A stretch of 32,000 bases of DNA, from NCBI GenBank assembly GCA_041657425.1, contig JBBABY010000009.1:15394-47393 (forward strand). The letters are read 5' to 3'. The first letter of the stretch is position 1. Every line of letters begins with the position of its first letter. This DNA is from an archaeon (GTDB taxonomy: Archaea > Iainarchaeota > Iainarchaeia > Iainarchaeales > CSSED10-239). Under the pieces are notes generated by a model. The model ran no database searches. It had not been told where the DNA came from and was given only the letters and a program-made list of their open reading frames with translations. The position numbers and the translations under genes are program-made. Positions 1-10,100 of this stretch are shown piece after piece.

Positions 1-35
1 TTCCACAGTCTCCTAATATAAGCAATATTGGAACC

Positions 36-3000
36 ATGAAGAGTCTTGATGACATCGTTGCCACCCCAAGGATCATGGGGCAGCTAACAGCTTATGGCCA
101 GGAGACTTCAGATACTGTTATCGCTGAAGCTCAGCTTGAACATAAGATCTTCAAGTCAACCTTTAGAGACTACAATGCTGATATTGAGAAGAGCGTGGGC
201 GATATTGTTGCGGAGGCCCGCAAAGACATCTATGCCAATCCTAAGTATTACTCTATGGATAGGGCTTATCCTACCTACAAGTTATACTTCAGGGAAGAGA
301 ATGCCCCACAGTGGTTCTTGTTCGACAACTTCTTCGACTATAGATCACTAGAATCTATAAGGTTCTGGAGAGAGAAAGCTTCTCCGGTAGCCCGTTGTCA
401 TATCGTTCTTAATGACACTAACGGAACCCTAACTGATATTAAGGCCCTACTAGCCAAGGAATCATTCAATCCTGAGACTAGGAATACTAACGAGAGTCTA
501 ACAGATGCATCTGGCGAGAAGCCAATGCAGACACTATTCCTAACTCCAGGTACACAAATTCAGCTCAAGGTTGGATATGCAACTGACCCGGCCAACCTAA
601 CAACCCTGTTCAACGGGTTTATCACAGACGTATCTCCTGGTGAGAAGTACGAGATCATCTGCGACAGTTATGGCCTAGAGTTACTCAACGACGCCGATAT
701 GGGAATGCTAACAGGCTGGCTATGCCCGCCCAAGGCATTCATCTGGATGATGCTTCTAGACCCCAAGGTCAAGCACTTGGGAACACTATTCACACCATCC
801 ACACTGCCCACAGGCCTAAGCGATTGGTTCGATGGCCCTAGCTTCGACGACAACATCTACATTAATGAGCGCCATGAGCCTGATAAGATCCGTCTATTCC
901 AGGCATACAACGCTGATGGAATGAAGAAGTGGGACGTTCTTCAGGACATCGCTGCGGCACATCCTGGATTCATATGCCAGACAGCTGTCTTCGACGATCG
1001 CGAGACGGTCTTCTTTGGGCGCCCCGACTTCAACTATGCCTATACATCCGATCTAGGTACAGTTAGCTACTACCCAGATCTAAGCAATGAAGAGATAACT
1101 AAGGCCATGAAGGCTGTTGCTGGAGACTATTTATCTGGAGCAGCTCCTCAAACTGCCTTTGGGAAGAGCTACGTAGCTAGCTCCCAGAGCCAGGATATCG
1201 CTAACTACAACCAGAACAAAGAGAACATCGAGAACGCCCGCAAGCTTCTCGATGAGATTGGCAAGGATCCTAGCCAAGTAATTGGGTTTAACTATATGCA
1301 GTGGATGCCCTTACAGAAAGCCATCGATTCAACCATCCAGTTGTATCATGATAATCTATACAACGACTATCAAAATAACACCAAGGCTGGTGTGTTTGAA
1401 CTAGTCAAAGAATACTGTAGATGCGTAGATCAGCTAAGTCAATTAGCTGCAGATATACAAACCCATGGTAACGTAGAGTATGACCTATTTGGTGGAGCCA
1501 TGACGCCCGAGGCCAAGAAGAAGAGGGACGAACGCCGTAGGGCTACTATGGTTACCAAGCCCGCGGACATCTCTCTCTTCGATGTAACCGAAGCATCGAA
1601 TAGAGCCCGACTAGATACCGAAGGCACAAAGGTCAAAGGCTTAGACGGTCGCAACCAGATCCTCGATAAGAGACTGGCCGTACTATTTGACAAGCTTAAG
1701 GTCTATGCTCAGCAGAATGGCTGGGTCATTGAGCTACGCGAGGGCTATAGAAATAAGCAAGATCAGGAAGCGGCTCTAACCGCTGGCTATAGCAACGCCA
1801 TCTACGGCTTATCTCCTCATAGCTACGGTTTGGCTTTCGATATTGCGCTTCTATATAACAGCAGCTATTATCCTGGAGACGAAGCACTCCCCGGCGAAGT
1901 GGCAACTATCTTTGAAACGCTAGGAGACTATGCCGAACTGTCTCTAGGTATGACATGGGGTGGTAGGTTCTCAAATCTCTATGACCCTCCTCACTTCGAG
2001 TTAAAAGGCTGGACTTCTGATAAGGCATATACAGATGCCAAAGCCATGGCAAAGTCAGCAAGAGCCGAAGAGCTCAAGCAGGCTCAGGCTAGCTCTAAGA
2101 AGAAGATGGACGAGATTACCAAGCAAGGCAAAGCCGAAGGCGACGATAAGAGCAACCTTGATACAGCAACTATAGAACAAGGTGCTGGTAAGATTATTGA
2201 GTATAATCCGGAAGACTATATCCGTGTGGCAAGACTAGAGAAAGAAGTTAATCTCCTTGGCTTAGCAGAGGCAGACTATCTGCCCATAGTTAGCGCAGGG
2301 GAGTCTTCGCTGCCATGGTATGACCTTCTCTTTGATGCGGGCACTAGCTCTGTAATTAAGGGATCCTCTGTTACATCTTTCGTTCCTCTAGTCTTCTTCC
2401 AACAGGACTCAGATGTATGCCAACTTGTATACCAGGGCACAGGCGCCTGGGACTCTATCAAAGCTTTATCAACAGGCATGGATACAGGAGTAGTACAAGG
2501 TACGCCTAACTTAGTTGACCTGCAGAATGCAGCCAAAGCCCTTGAAGACAATATGAACCAGCAAGGTTCATCCGATGACAGAGACAAGCTTCTAGAACAA
2601 ATGCGTGGCGCAGGAGCTTCAAGTAAGAAGGCTCAGTTTGCTGATACCTCAAAGAAGCTACAGGTCTTGAAGTTCTGGGATACAGATTCCAGTGATGTTG
2701 TAAAGGCAACCTCTAATGTCTATCAGAAGATAGGCATGCAATCTCCAATGGTTATCTACTTATGGAGAAGGATCCATGAGATCCTGGCCAAGCTAAAGGC
2801 CATTAGTGATCTACGGAACTCAGAGACTGCCCAGCTAAGTAACCTGTTTGAATGGCAGGGAAAGCTAAAGGTAGCCGTTGCGAATGCCTATTCGTCCAAG
2901 ACTACCGAAGATCTGTTCATGAATGATGGATCAGCCGGCATGGTCATTGATCTGGGGACACCAGTCTTCTCTATTGTTGATAGACCATCAGATCCTCATA

Positions 3001-4610
3001 TCGCAGTAAGGCAAGCGACCCCATCTAGTAAGGCAGATATAATCTCCTTCAGAGGTAGGATCTCAGAGACAGACCTCCAAGCCCACGTCGCTCTCAAGAA
3101 CCTACTACTAACTACTCTCTTGAATATGGATCCAAGACTACAAACTATGATGGCTGTAGCTGGCCGCCCGCCTACCAAGAGAAGGTTCCGCAGGTACCAT
3201 GTTGTAACTAGTTATGAGCACATAGTCAACAACAATATCAAAGCCACCTATGCCAACATGTGGAACAAGGTTAAAGTTATGTACAAGAGGCACGACCTCT
3301 TGTTAGATTACTATATCCCTATTCTCCCAACACTTATCTTTGGTAGCAAACCCAGCAATCAATTTAACATCCAGGCTGGACAGACTCTAGATATGCGCGT
3401 AGTACGAGAGATTACTGTACCTATTGAGAATGCCAGGACTATCGGGCAGGCCCGTGCTTACGCCACATCTATCCTTGCCGAAGGGGTTCGCAATATGTAT
3501 ACTGGGACCCTAACAATACTGGGCAACCCAGAGATCAAGCCTCATGATATTGTGTATGTATATGATGACTACACCAACATGTATGGACCCATAGAGGTCA
3601 AGAGTGTAAACCATATCATGTCAGCAGAGACGGGATTCATAACAATCATTGAGCCACATGCATACGTAGAACCACTTGGAGTTTCGTTCTCTAGACTAGC
3701 CCTTATTATTGACATCATTGATACAGCATTAATCTTCTGGGCAGCTGGTAAGTTCGTCGCCGGTGGAGTAAGAGCAGCATGGCTGATTGGCAGAGAGGGC
3801 TGGGCTAAGGGCTCAGAGATCTTAGCCACAAGAGCAGCCAAGGAGATGGGGGCCAAGGTAGCAACAGCAGAAGCAGCTACTACTGAGTTATGGGCTGTTG
3901 CCTCCAAGAATACAACCCCTATTCGGAGACGTGCCTTAAGCAAGGCCCTACGTCGTAATGTTAATAAGCTTATTACAGACGAGAAGGCCGAGGGCGTTAT
4001 GAAGGTTGCCCGTGAGAAGCTTCAGGGCCCACTGGGCACAGTAAAAGCCGAGGAACGCATCCTAGAAACTCTGAAGAGTGCGCGCCGTCTAAAGACTAAA
4101 AACACACCCGCCCCCACTAAGACTATCTTTGAGCCGCCTAATAAGATAGAGGACTTTACAGGCGATGAGATACGAGAGGCACTCCAACACCTAGGCGTTG
4201 ACCAGGCTGTTATCCAAAAGCTTTCTCGTACATCAGCACTTGAGACACTTGGAATGGCTAAGGATGTTGTTAAAAGGGTAGCCCAAAATCTGGGCAAGGA
4301 TCCAAAGACAGCCAAGCTCTTCCATCTAGGAATAATGCAGAAGCTCATGGTCCTAGGCCTTGGTCTTGGGGTCGGATACTTCTATATCTTTGCAGGCAAG
4401 GATGATAAGAACTATGCTTGCCCTCTCAAGATTACCCCGCTATCATATAAGGGCTCGCCTTATACAGCAGGGCTTGAAGGCCTAACCCACAAGGGTGGGG
4501 TCATGAACATGGTCAAGGGAGAACTAAGAAGGTTCTGGGGATCTCTACAAACAGTCAACCAGGCCTTTGGATCTTGGTGGCGTAATAAGACATGGACGTT
4601 CGAGGAATAA
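36..4610 (+). CDS. baseplate hub-like virion protein with embedded M15/LAS cell-wall peptidase domain and hydrophobic C-terminal extension
   Basis: 1524-aa ORF, co-directional with the operon. The N-terminal part (YPTYKLYF...RSLESIRFWREKASPVARCHIVLNDTNGTL; QLKVGYATDPANLTTLFNGFITDV) and a distal part (nt ~3150-3680: HVVTSYEHIVNNNIKA ... GTLTILGNPEIKPHDIVYVYDD..GPIEVKSVNHIMSAETGFITIIEP) resemble P2 gpD / Mu gp44 / T4 gp27-type hub proteins from memory. An M15 motif lies between them. Hydrophobic segments sit near the C-terminus (~3696..3790; LMVLGLGLGVGYFYIFAG at 4344..4397). The frame is open upstream to nt 3, so the true start could lie outside the window. However, another frame ends with TAA at 14..16, which fits an upstream gene stopping there and ATG 36 as the start. 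No clear SD. The ORF is near certain; the product call is moderate. Confidence 0.8.
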   Translation: MKSLDDIVATPRIMGQLTAYGQETSDTVIAEAQLEHKIFKSTFRDYNADIEKSVGDIVAEARKDIYANPKYYSMDRAYPTYKLYFREENAPQWFLFDNFFDYRSLESIRFWREKASPVARCHIVLNDTNGTLTDIKALLAKESFNPETRNTNESLTDASGEKPMQTLFLTPGTQIQLKVGYATDPANLTTLFNGFITDVSPGEKYEIICDSYGLELLNDADMGMLTGWLCPPKAFIWMMLLDPKVKHLGTLFTPSTLPTGLSDWFDGPSFDDNIYINERHEPDKIRLFQAYNADGMKKWDVLQDIAAAHPGFICQTAVFDDRETVFFGRPDFNYAYTSDLGTVSYYPDLSNEEITKAMKAVAGDYLSGAAPQTAFGKSYVASSQSQDIANYNQNKENIENARKLLDEIGKDPSQVIGFNYMQWMPLQKAIDSTIQLYHDNLYNDYQNNTKAGVFELVKEYCRCVDQLSQLAADIQTHGNVEYDLFGGAMTPEAKKKRDERRRATMVTKPADISLFDVTEASNRARLDTEGTKVKGLDGRNQILDKRLAVLFDKLKVYAQQNGWVIELREGYRNKQDQEAALTAGYSNAIYGLSPHSYGLAFDIALLYNSSYYPGDEALPGEVATIFETLGDYAELSLGMTWGGRFSNLYDPPHFELKGWTSDKAYTDAKAMAKSARAEELKQAQASSKKKMDEITKQGKAEGDDKSNLDTATIEQGAGKIIEYNPEDYIRVARLEKEVNLLGLAEADYLPIVSAGESSLPWYDLLFDAGTSSVIKGSSVTSFVPLVFFQQDSDVCQLVYQGTGAWDSIKALSTGMDTGVVQGTPNLVDLQNAAKALEDNMNQQGSSDDRDKLLEQMRGAGASSKKAQFADTSKKLQVLKFWDTDSSDVVKATSNVYQKIGMQSPMVIYLWRRIHEILAKLKAISDLRNSETAQLSNLFEWQGKLKVAVANAYSSKTTEDLFMNDGSAGMVIDLGTPVFSIVDRPSDPHIAVRQATPSSKADIISFRGRISETDLQAHVALKNLLLTTLLNMDPRLQTMMAVAGRPPTKRRFRRYHVVTSYEHIVNNNIKATYANMWNKVKVMYKRHDLLLDYYIPILPTLIFGSKPSNQFNIQAGQTLDMRVVREITVPIENARTIGQARAYATSILAEGVRNMYTGTLTILGNPEIKPHDIVYVYDDYTNMYGPIEVKSVNHIMSAETGFITIIEPHAYVEPLGVSFSRLALIIDIIDTALIFWAAGKFVAGGVRAAWLIGREGWAKGSEILATRAAKEMGAKVATAEAATTELWAVASKNTTPIRRRALSKALRRNVNKLITDEKAEGVMKVAREKLQGPLGTVKAEERILETLKSARRLKTKNTPAPTKTIFEPPNKIEDFTGDEIREALQHLGVDQAVIQKLSRTSALETLGMAKDVVKRVAQNLGKDPKTAKLFHLGIMQKLMVLGLGLGVGYFYIFAGKDDKNYACPLKITPLSYKGSPYTAGLEGLTHKGGVMNMVKGELRRFWGSLQTVNQAFGSWWRNKTWTFEE
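1650..2010 (+). other. peptidase M15 (VanY / L-alanyl-D-glutamate peptidase-like, LAS fold) domain inside CDS 36..4610
   Basis: Exact zinc-ligand signature SPHSYGLAFD = SxHxxGxAxD at 1812..1841 and DPPH(FE) at 1983..1994, preceded by GYRNKQDQEAAL. This is the textbook motif pair of M15 peptidases such as phage T5 endolysin and VanY/VanX-type enzymes. Domain borders are approximate. Confidence 0.85.
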
Positions 4611-4619
4611 GGAGACGCA

Positions 4620-5423
4620 ATGAGCCAGACCATATCCCAGAAGATGCGTAATAACAGCAGGCTAGAATCAGACAGGAATCCAAAAGATATCCCTGTCTTT
4701 ATAGACTATATCAACGTGGACCAATCTATTGCTACTGTACGCATTGTAGGAAGTGATGAGAATAAGAGTCTAGAGCTACCTGTGATCATGGTAGACCCAG
4801 ACTATATCCGTGGCCCCATTAATGTCTCTAACTATAACGGAGTACTCGAAGGCGACCCCAAAGCTCCAACAGGCGTACGCCTTATCAAGAAGGCAACCGT
4901 CGAGCCTAATATTCGACACGGTGTATCACAGGCACTATATGGATCTGCTAGCGGCAGAGCCCAAGAACCTGTAGATAGGGTAGTCGGCAGGACTGCCAAG
5001 AACGCTACCCAGAAACAGAACCATGAGAATTTACCTAATGGGCAGATGATAGTCATCAAGCCGCCTAGGCAATTGCCTGTTCATTATAAGGGTAGAAACC
5101 CCTTTGTTAATGATTCCCCTGCAGATCTACTAGATGCCGCCGGGGCCCATATCTTAGTCTCAGAAGATGAGGCCAGGCTAATTGCTGACCCTGGGAATGG
5201 TATAGTTGTCAACTCAAGATCTGGTATCAATATGGCAGGGAAGGTAAATATAGGCACATCCATTCAGGATGTTAGGATCGGCGGCGCCTGGAGGTTCAAT
5301 CCTATGCTTCAATTCCAAGTACCATCTACCGCGGTTACCCCTATCCCTACCCTGCTTTATGACTACCCAGGTAAGGATATACTCGGTGGAGTAGATAAGT
5401 ATATAGATGCAATGAATAGCTAA
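4620..5423 (+). CDS. putative baseplate central spike / plug protein (gpV-like position and N-terminal OB-like signature)
   Basis: 267-aa ORF with AAGGAG (4609..4614) 5 nt upstream of the ATG. It lies between the hub-like and gp25-like genes, as gpV/XkdR-type spike genes do. N-terminus IDYINVDQSIATVRIVGSDENKSLELPVIM resembles the gpV/gp45 OB-fold start; the C-terminal part (HILVSEDEARLIADPGNGIVVNSRSGINMAGKVNIG) is beta-strand rich. The product call is tentative. Confidence 0.6.
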   Translation: MSQTISQKMRNNSRLESDRNPKDIPVFIDYINVDQSIATVRIVGSDENKSLELPVIMVDPDYIRGPINVSNYNGVLEGDPKAPTGVRLIKKATVEPNIRHGVSQALYGSASGRAQEPVDRVVGRTAKNATQKQNHENLPNGQMIVIKPPRQLPVHYKGRNPFVNDSPADLLDAAGAHILVSEDEARLIADPGNGIVVNSRSGINMAGKVNIGTSIQDVRIGGAWRFNPMLQFQVPSTAVTPIPTLLYDYPGKDILGGVDKYIDAMNS

Positions 5424-5432
5424 TGAATACCT

Positions 5433-5441
5433 TGTTATAAT
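5433..5441 (+). promoter_or_regulatory. candidate extended -10 promoter element (TGnTATAAT)
   Basis: tgtTATAAT read directly at 5433..5441 in the 38-nt gap between CDS 4620..5423 and 5462..5878. GGAG at 5451..5454 follows, 7 nt before ATG 5462. The -35 is poor (TGAATA at 5413..5418). Could be chance in a short AT-rich spacer. Confidence 0.35.
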
Positions 5442-5461
5442 CCATATAGCGGAGTCCCCTA

Positions 5462-5878
5462 ATGCCCGGCCTATATACCACCCAAGACATATACATGACT
5501 GATAGCGGTGACTTCGCAGTCACTGAGAACGGTGACCTACGTTCATCCGATATGGATGAGACCGTCCGCCAAGAGGCTATTCTTACTCTGTATACGCCAG
5601 TCGGCGAGTTCGACTCCTTCCCTATTTATGGTTCTAAGCTAATGGACTTCATAGGTGAACCTAACTCCAGAGACAATGCTGCGCTTATGAGGAAAGAGGT
5701 TGTCCGAGCACTAACCCAACTAGGGTCATTCTCGGCCGATGATATAGAGGTAACTATAACCCCCATTGGTATCGACGACGTTCTTATCAACCTAGACATA
5801 CAGAATGTACTAGGCATTGGGGAACAAAGCCTAACCATTGACTTTAACTATATCAAGGGCATCCAGATAACCAATTAA
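5462..5878 (+). CDS. baseplate wedge protein, GPW/gp25 family
   Basis: 138-aa ORF of typical size. Core ETVRQEAILTLYTPVGEFDSFPIYGSKLMDFIGEPNSRDNAALMRKEVVRALTQ matches the gp25/GPW pattern (I.Q.I...L.T..GE....P.YGS.L...IG). It sits directly upstream of a Baseplate-J-like gene. Confidence 0.8.
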   Translation: MPGLYTTQDIYMTDSGDFAVTENGDLRSSDMDETVRQEAILTLYTPVGEFDSFPIYGSKLMDFIGEPNSRDNAALMRKEVVRALTQLGSFSADDIEVTITPIGIDDVLINLDIQNVLGIGEQSLTIDFNYIKGIQITN

Positions 5879-5888
5879 GGATAGGCAT

Positions 5889-7145
5889 ATGGCAAACGTA
5901 ACAATCAAAGATGAAGACCAGATGAGTACAGAAGCTCTTCGGCTTCTGCAAGACAATACTCAGATCACAAACGTCTCAGATGGCACCCTCGCCAGAGCCT
6001 TGATCCGTGCTATTAGTGATATGCATGGAAAACAATATCGTATCCTTACGCGTGAACTAGCCAATGGATTCTTAAGTACGGCAACTGGTGTATACCTTGA
6101 TATGTTTGGCGTCCTATTAAGTACGCCTAGAGGTTCCAGTACTCTAGCCGGTAGAGAGAATGTACAGAGATTCTACTCCACTGATGGCCTGACACCTATA
6201 GCGAGCCTAGTAGGAGCCGGAAGTCTAGGCGGAGTTATTCCAGCTGGGACTATCGTTCAGTCTGGGAATGGCTCTATTCGCTACGAAGTTGTCTTCAATG
6301 TTCCCTTTAGCTCAACAGACCTTCAGGTTATGGCAACCGTTAGAGCTGTAACAGAAGGTGTAACTTCTAATGTTGGTACCAATATCCTCACCACGCATTC
6401 GCTAAGTGTTACGGGCTTATCTACCACAAACATTCTTGGTATCTCCAATGGCACAGATATACAAGGCGATAGTGAATATCGCTACATGCTATCCAAAGCG
6501 ATCACAGCAGCAGAAGCCGCAAATGAGATCTCTATTAGACTGGCTGCCTTATCAGTAGCAGGCGTATCAGATGTAAGACTTCTTCCCTATTTCCATGGCG
6601 TTGGAACATTCACTGTTCTAGTAATAGGAACAACTCCAGTGGTATCAGCTCAAGTCCTAGAGGGTGTACGAGCTGCGGTATCTGGAGTAACTGCTCTCGG
6701 GGAGTTCTTCTCAGTCCGTGGCCCGAGGTATATAGGAACAGAGCTGCAGGCCAAGCTCATCTTTAGAGATGATGCCGATGAGACTGCAAGAACTAGCATA
6801 GCTGCTAGGGTAACTGATGTGCTATACGAATATATAAATAACCTACCCCTAGGCGAAGGTTTGGTATGGAATGAAATTATACAACGGATCATGGAGACTT
6901 CGCCACTGATCCACGATATTGATGATGATCCTGCCTCCGCCTCATGCCTCCGAGTGTGGACATGGACTCCGACTATTATGGATATCATAAACAATGTAGA
7001 GACATATCACAGAGTCAAAGAAGAGCTCAAAGAGCCTACTCGTAACTACGAAGCTTATTCGGATGATAAGATGATCGTAGAGCAAGACCTTCAGGGTTTT
7101 GTTCATGAAGCCAACTTCACGCCTATACGCATTACCTGGGAGTAA
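5889..7145 (+). CDS. Baseplate J-like protein (P2 gpJ / T4 gp6 family)
   Basis: 418-aa ORF with AAGGA 7 nt upstream. N-terminal LARALIRAISDMHGKQYRILTRELANGFLSTATGVYLDMFGVLLSTPRGSSTLAGRENVQRF matches the characteristic Baseplate_J signature (..A.G..LD..G...G..R..A..A). Conserved gp25-J gene order. Confidence 0.8.
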   Translation: MANVTIKDEDQMSTEALRLLQDNTQITNVSDGTLARALIRAISDMHGKQYRILTRELANGFLSTATGVYLDMFGVLLSTPRGSSTLAGRENVQRFYSTDGLTPIASLVGAGSLGGVIPAGTIVQSGNGSIRYEVVFNVPFSSTDLQVMATVRAVTEGVTSNVGTNILTTHSLSVTGLSTTNILGISNGTDIQGDSEYRYMLSKAITAAEAANEISIRLAALSVAGVSDVRLLPYFHGVGTFTVLVIGTTPVVSAQVLEGVRAAVSGVTALGEFFSVRGPRYIGTELQAKLIFRDDADETARTSIAARVTDVLYEYINNLPLGEGLVWNEIIQRIMETSPLIHDIDDDPASASCLRVWTWTPTIMDIINNVETYHRVKEELKEPTRNYEAYSDDKMIVEQDLQGFVHEANFTPIRITWE

Positions 7146-7152
7146 CTTCTAA

Positions 7153-10100
7153 ATGTCTCCAATCCCTTCTGGTTTATCAGCATCGTTCTTCTATACAGAC
7201 ACGACAATAGAAGAGCATGTCCTTGAGCCAGGTAAGGCTTTCTATTCCCCGTTCACTCAGAAGCTAGCTAATTACTATCCGGGATGGATGGAACTTCGGA
7301 TTGATAAGTCTTCTGTTGGCCAGCAGATTATCAACACAGCAGGTATCCAGTTACAAGAACTAGACCGTGCCTTTGACTTAATGAAGAATAGCCTTCATCT
7401 CTCAACGGCAGATCTTAATGCCGCTGATGTTCTTTACAAGGTTAAGCTAAGTCGAGTGGTTGCACTTGATGAGGATAACCCTCCCGCCTTGCATGGTGAC
7501 GGCGCCGACATTATTATATCCGATAGCTCAGATGAGTTCCTAAGACAAGTTTTCCCTACCCGCATCGAGGTTGAAGCCTCTGGACTGGGCGCTAGTGGTG
7601 TAACAGAGGGTCTCGTTATTCCGGATCTAACCTACGGAGTAGAGTACTATACCCCCTGGGTAGACCAGCATAAAGAAGAAAAGGACCTATACTACAACTG
7701 GGATGAGGCTTCTCAGAAGCTTATTAAGTTCCACCTAATTAGTGAAGGGATGGAGCGCCCTCAAGAGATCCCTGTGCATAAGGAAGTTCTTGGCTATTAT
7801 AGTCTTCTAGATCACGAGGGTGATCCTATTACCGGAGACTTCCACGGCATCACCATTGACGATGACCGTTTATATATGCTCTTCGGAAATCTCCTATATA
7901 TCTTTGATGCACGCATATCCCTACTGCTAAATACGGATGCCAGCTGGGATGGCAATAAGGAACAAAGCTTCCTACAGGCTAAGTGCGACGCTATCATTTT
8001 AGACGGAGTACAACAGGGTGCGGGCATTCTAGTAGATGGAGACAGATCTCAGAAGTGGCTATGGTGCTACGATAATTGGGGCTGGATTAAGTATCGACTT
8101 CACTATGACTATGCTATTGTTGACTATGATACAAACACAATCTTCTTTAGAGAAGAGTACACAACCTGCCTAGTTGACGGAACCACATACGATCAGGAAC
8201 TCCACAATGTGTGGAACTGGTTTGACGAGTACGGCCTAGTCCTAGATACAGAGAGACTGCTCGGAGAACCTAATGAAGAGTATCAGGCGCGGCTACTGAA
8301 TGTTATGAAGTTCCGTGCGAACTCAACTACCCAGGGAGTGATCGACGGCGTAACACAAAGTCTCGACCTTGACAACTGGGGCTATTTCCCATCTGGCCTA
8401 TATCCCGAGAACCTATTCGTGGATGGTCTCTTTCCTAGTGGATACCCGATCTACCCCAGTGGGAACATCCCAGTTGACATTGGAGACGTAGCTCTAGTAG
8501 ATGCTTTATATACTCCCGCATTCTATGAGACGGTTGTCGACTCTGAGACTAACATCCCAACAGTTGAGATGGTTGATTATACAAAGGAAATCCTAAAGAC
8601 CTTCCCTATCTTCTGGGGGTCAGGGACTCCTGACCAATATGGATTCATCTGGGACATTGCCCCCTTCGATGGTGGCTATAACAACGTAAGTATAACTCCG
8701 GACTTCATGGCATTGCTGCCATCGGGCATTGATGAGAAATGGTATCAGTCTGGCATACAGGACGTAAACCCACTCACCTCCAAAGAACTGATGGTACGGC
8801 TATCTAGAACAGACGAGGACGAATGGATCCCGGAAGTTTGGAATGGTGACTTTCATATCCACAACAAGCTCTACTACCTATACGCACAAGGCGTTGCAGA
8901 AGTCATACCTTCAGGAGTAACAAGCTATAGCATCCTAGGTAGCGGCCTAATGATCCCTGGCGGCCATAAGGAACTCATCGCTAATGAGACCTTTAATAGT
9001 GGCTTGATCCACCTTGCCTCAGGCACCGAAATGCTTCCCGTTCATGAATTCACAGATAACGGAATGGAATATATGGTGTCTGGCAATACGTTACTTATGG
9101 ATCCAGAGCACGGCGAATTATGCTTCTGGTACGAGACCTCACCCTCGGGATGGTATACAATACCGGGCTGGGACTTCAACCCAACACACGCAGCCCTATA
9201 TGACGGATTCATTTGGATCTCTGACCAGAGACAAATGATCGACCCGTCTGGTAGCTATACGCTAGAAGTAACTCCCGACTCCATTCCGTTTGGTGGAGCT
9301 GGTGGAGGAAGTGTCGTATTGGGCACCTTACTAGATACAGCCGGCGAACCCATCATAGGCGCCGACGTATACTTCAGAGTCATTCCTAGTGGACTGGGTG
9401 AACTAACTGATGAGTATAGAATGACAGGCTTGACAGGTCAGGCCTATACCTTCTATAATTCACCAGTAGATATAAGTACTATATGGGCAGACCAAGTATC
9501 TATAGATAATCCTACTAATTCCCTAGTGGTAGATGATCTTATCACAAGCGATGAATATGATAAGATCTGGACGGTTACTACCGAAGCTAGTGCTGTATCG
9601 GGATACCCTGGTAATATTCAAAAGGTATGGATGGCTTACCACGAGACCTTAACTCTAACTGTGGCTAGCGGCGAATGGCTACCAGTGCCCTCGGGCTGGC
9701 ATGAAGACAGCCTAGGGAACCAGACCTATCAAGGATATGTCACCATCGGTGGAAGTGAATTGAACGGCACAATAGGCGGCGCAGATTACGGAGATGACCT
9801 GTTCAATATTGATTTAACCTCTATTAAGTATGCTGGCCTACAGGCCATAAAAGAGGTTGGTAATACAAGCCTTCCTTTCGCATATAGATATGAAATAGAT
9901 GATTACACCGAACCTAAGGACTACGGGAAAGTGCTGGTTTATGCTGTTACAATACCTACGGGATCTGTACAAGTCAGCTTTGATACTTACAGGCCAGTAC
10001 GGCCAGTGAATGTGGTCCCCAATTCTCCTACGGCCGGCCAGACTACATTGTATTATGGCGAGCCAACCGCAACTATCGATGCTTCCAAGACATATCAGGT

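Noticed and set aside
94-351. Short nested ORFs within the large CDSs, on the same strand or antisense (e.g. 94..351, 9014..9238, 11926..12276, 16140..16346, 20731..20928, and all minus-strand ORFs of 60-124 aa).
   Set aside because: All are fully embedded in longer, motif-supported + strand CDSs. They lack SD sequences and have biased, low-complexity translations, and their lengths are in the range expected by chance at this GC content.
36-4610. Interpreting the 1524-aa protein as the tape-measure protein, given its size, peptidase domain and hydrophobic segments.
   Set aside because: Its N- and distal segments look like gpD/gp27-type hub motifs. It directly precedes the spike, gp25 and J genes, where hub genes sit, and it lacks the long uninterrupted helical repeat character of tape measures. 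This remains an alternative until profile searches are run.
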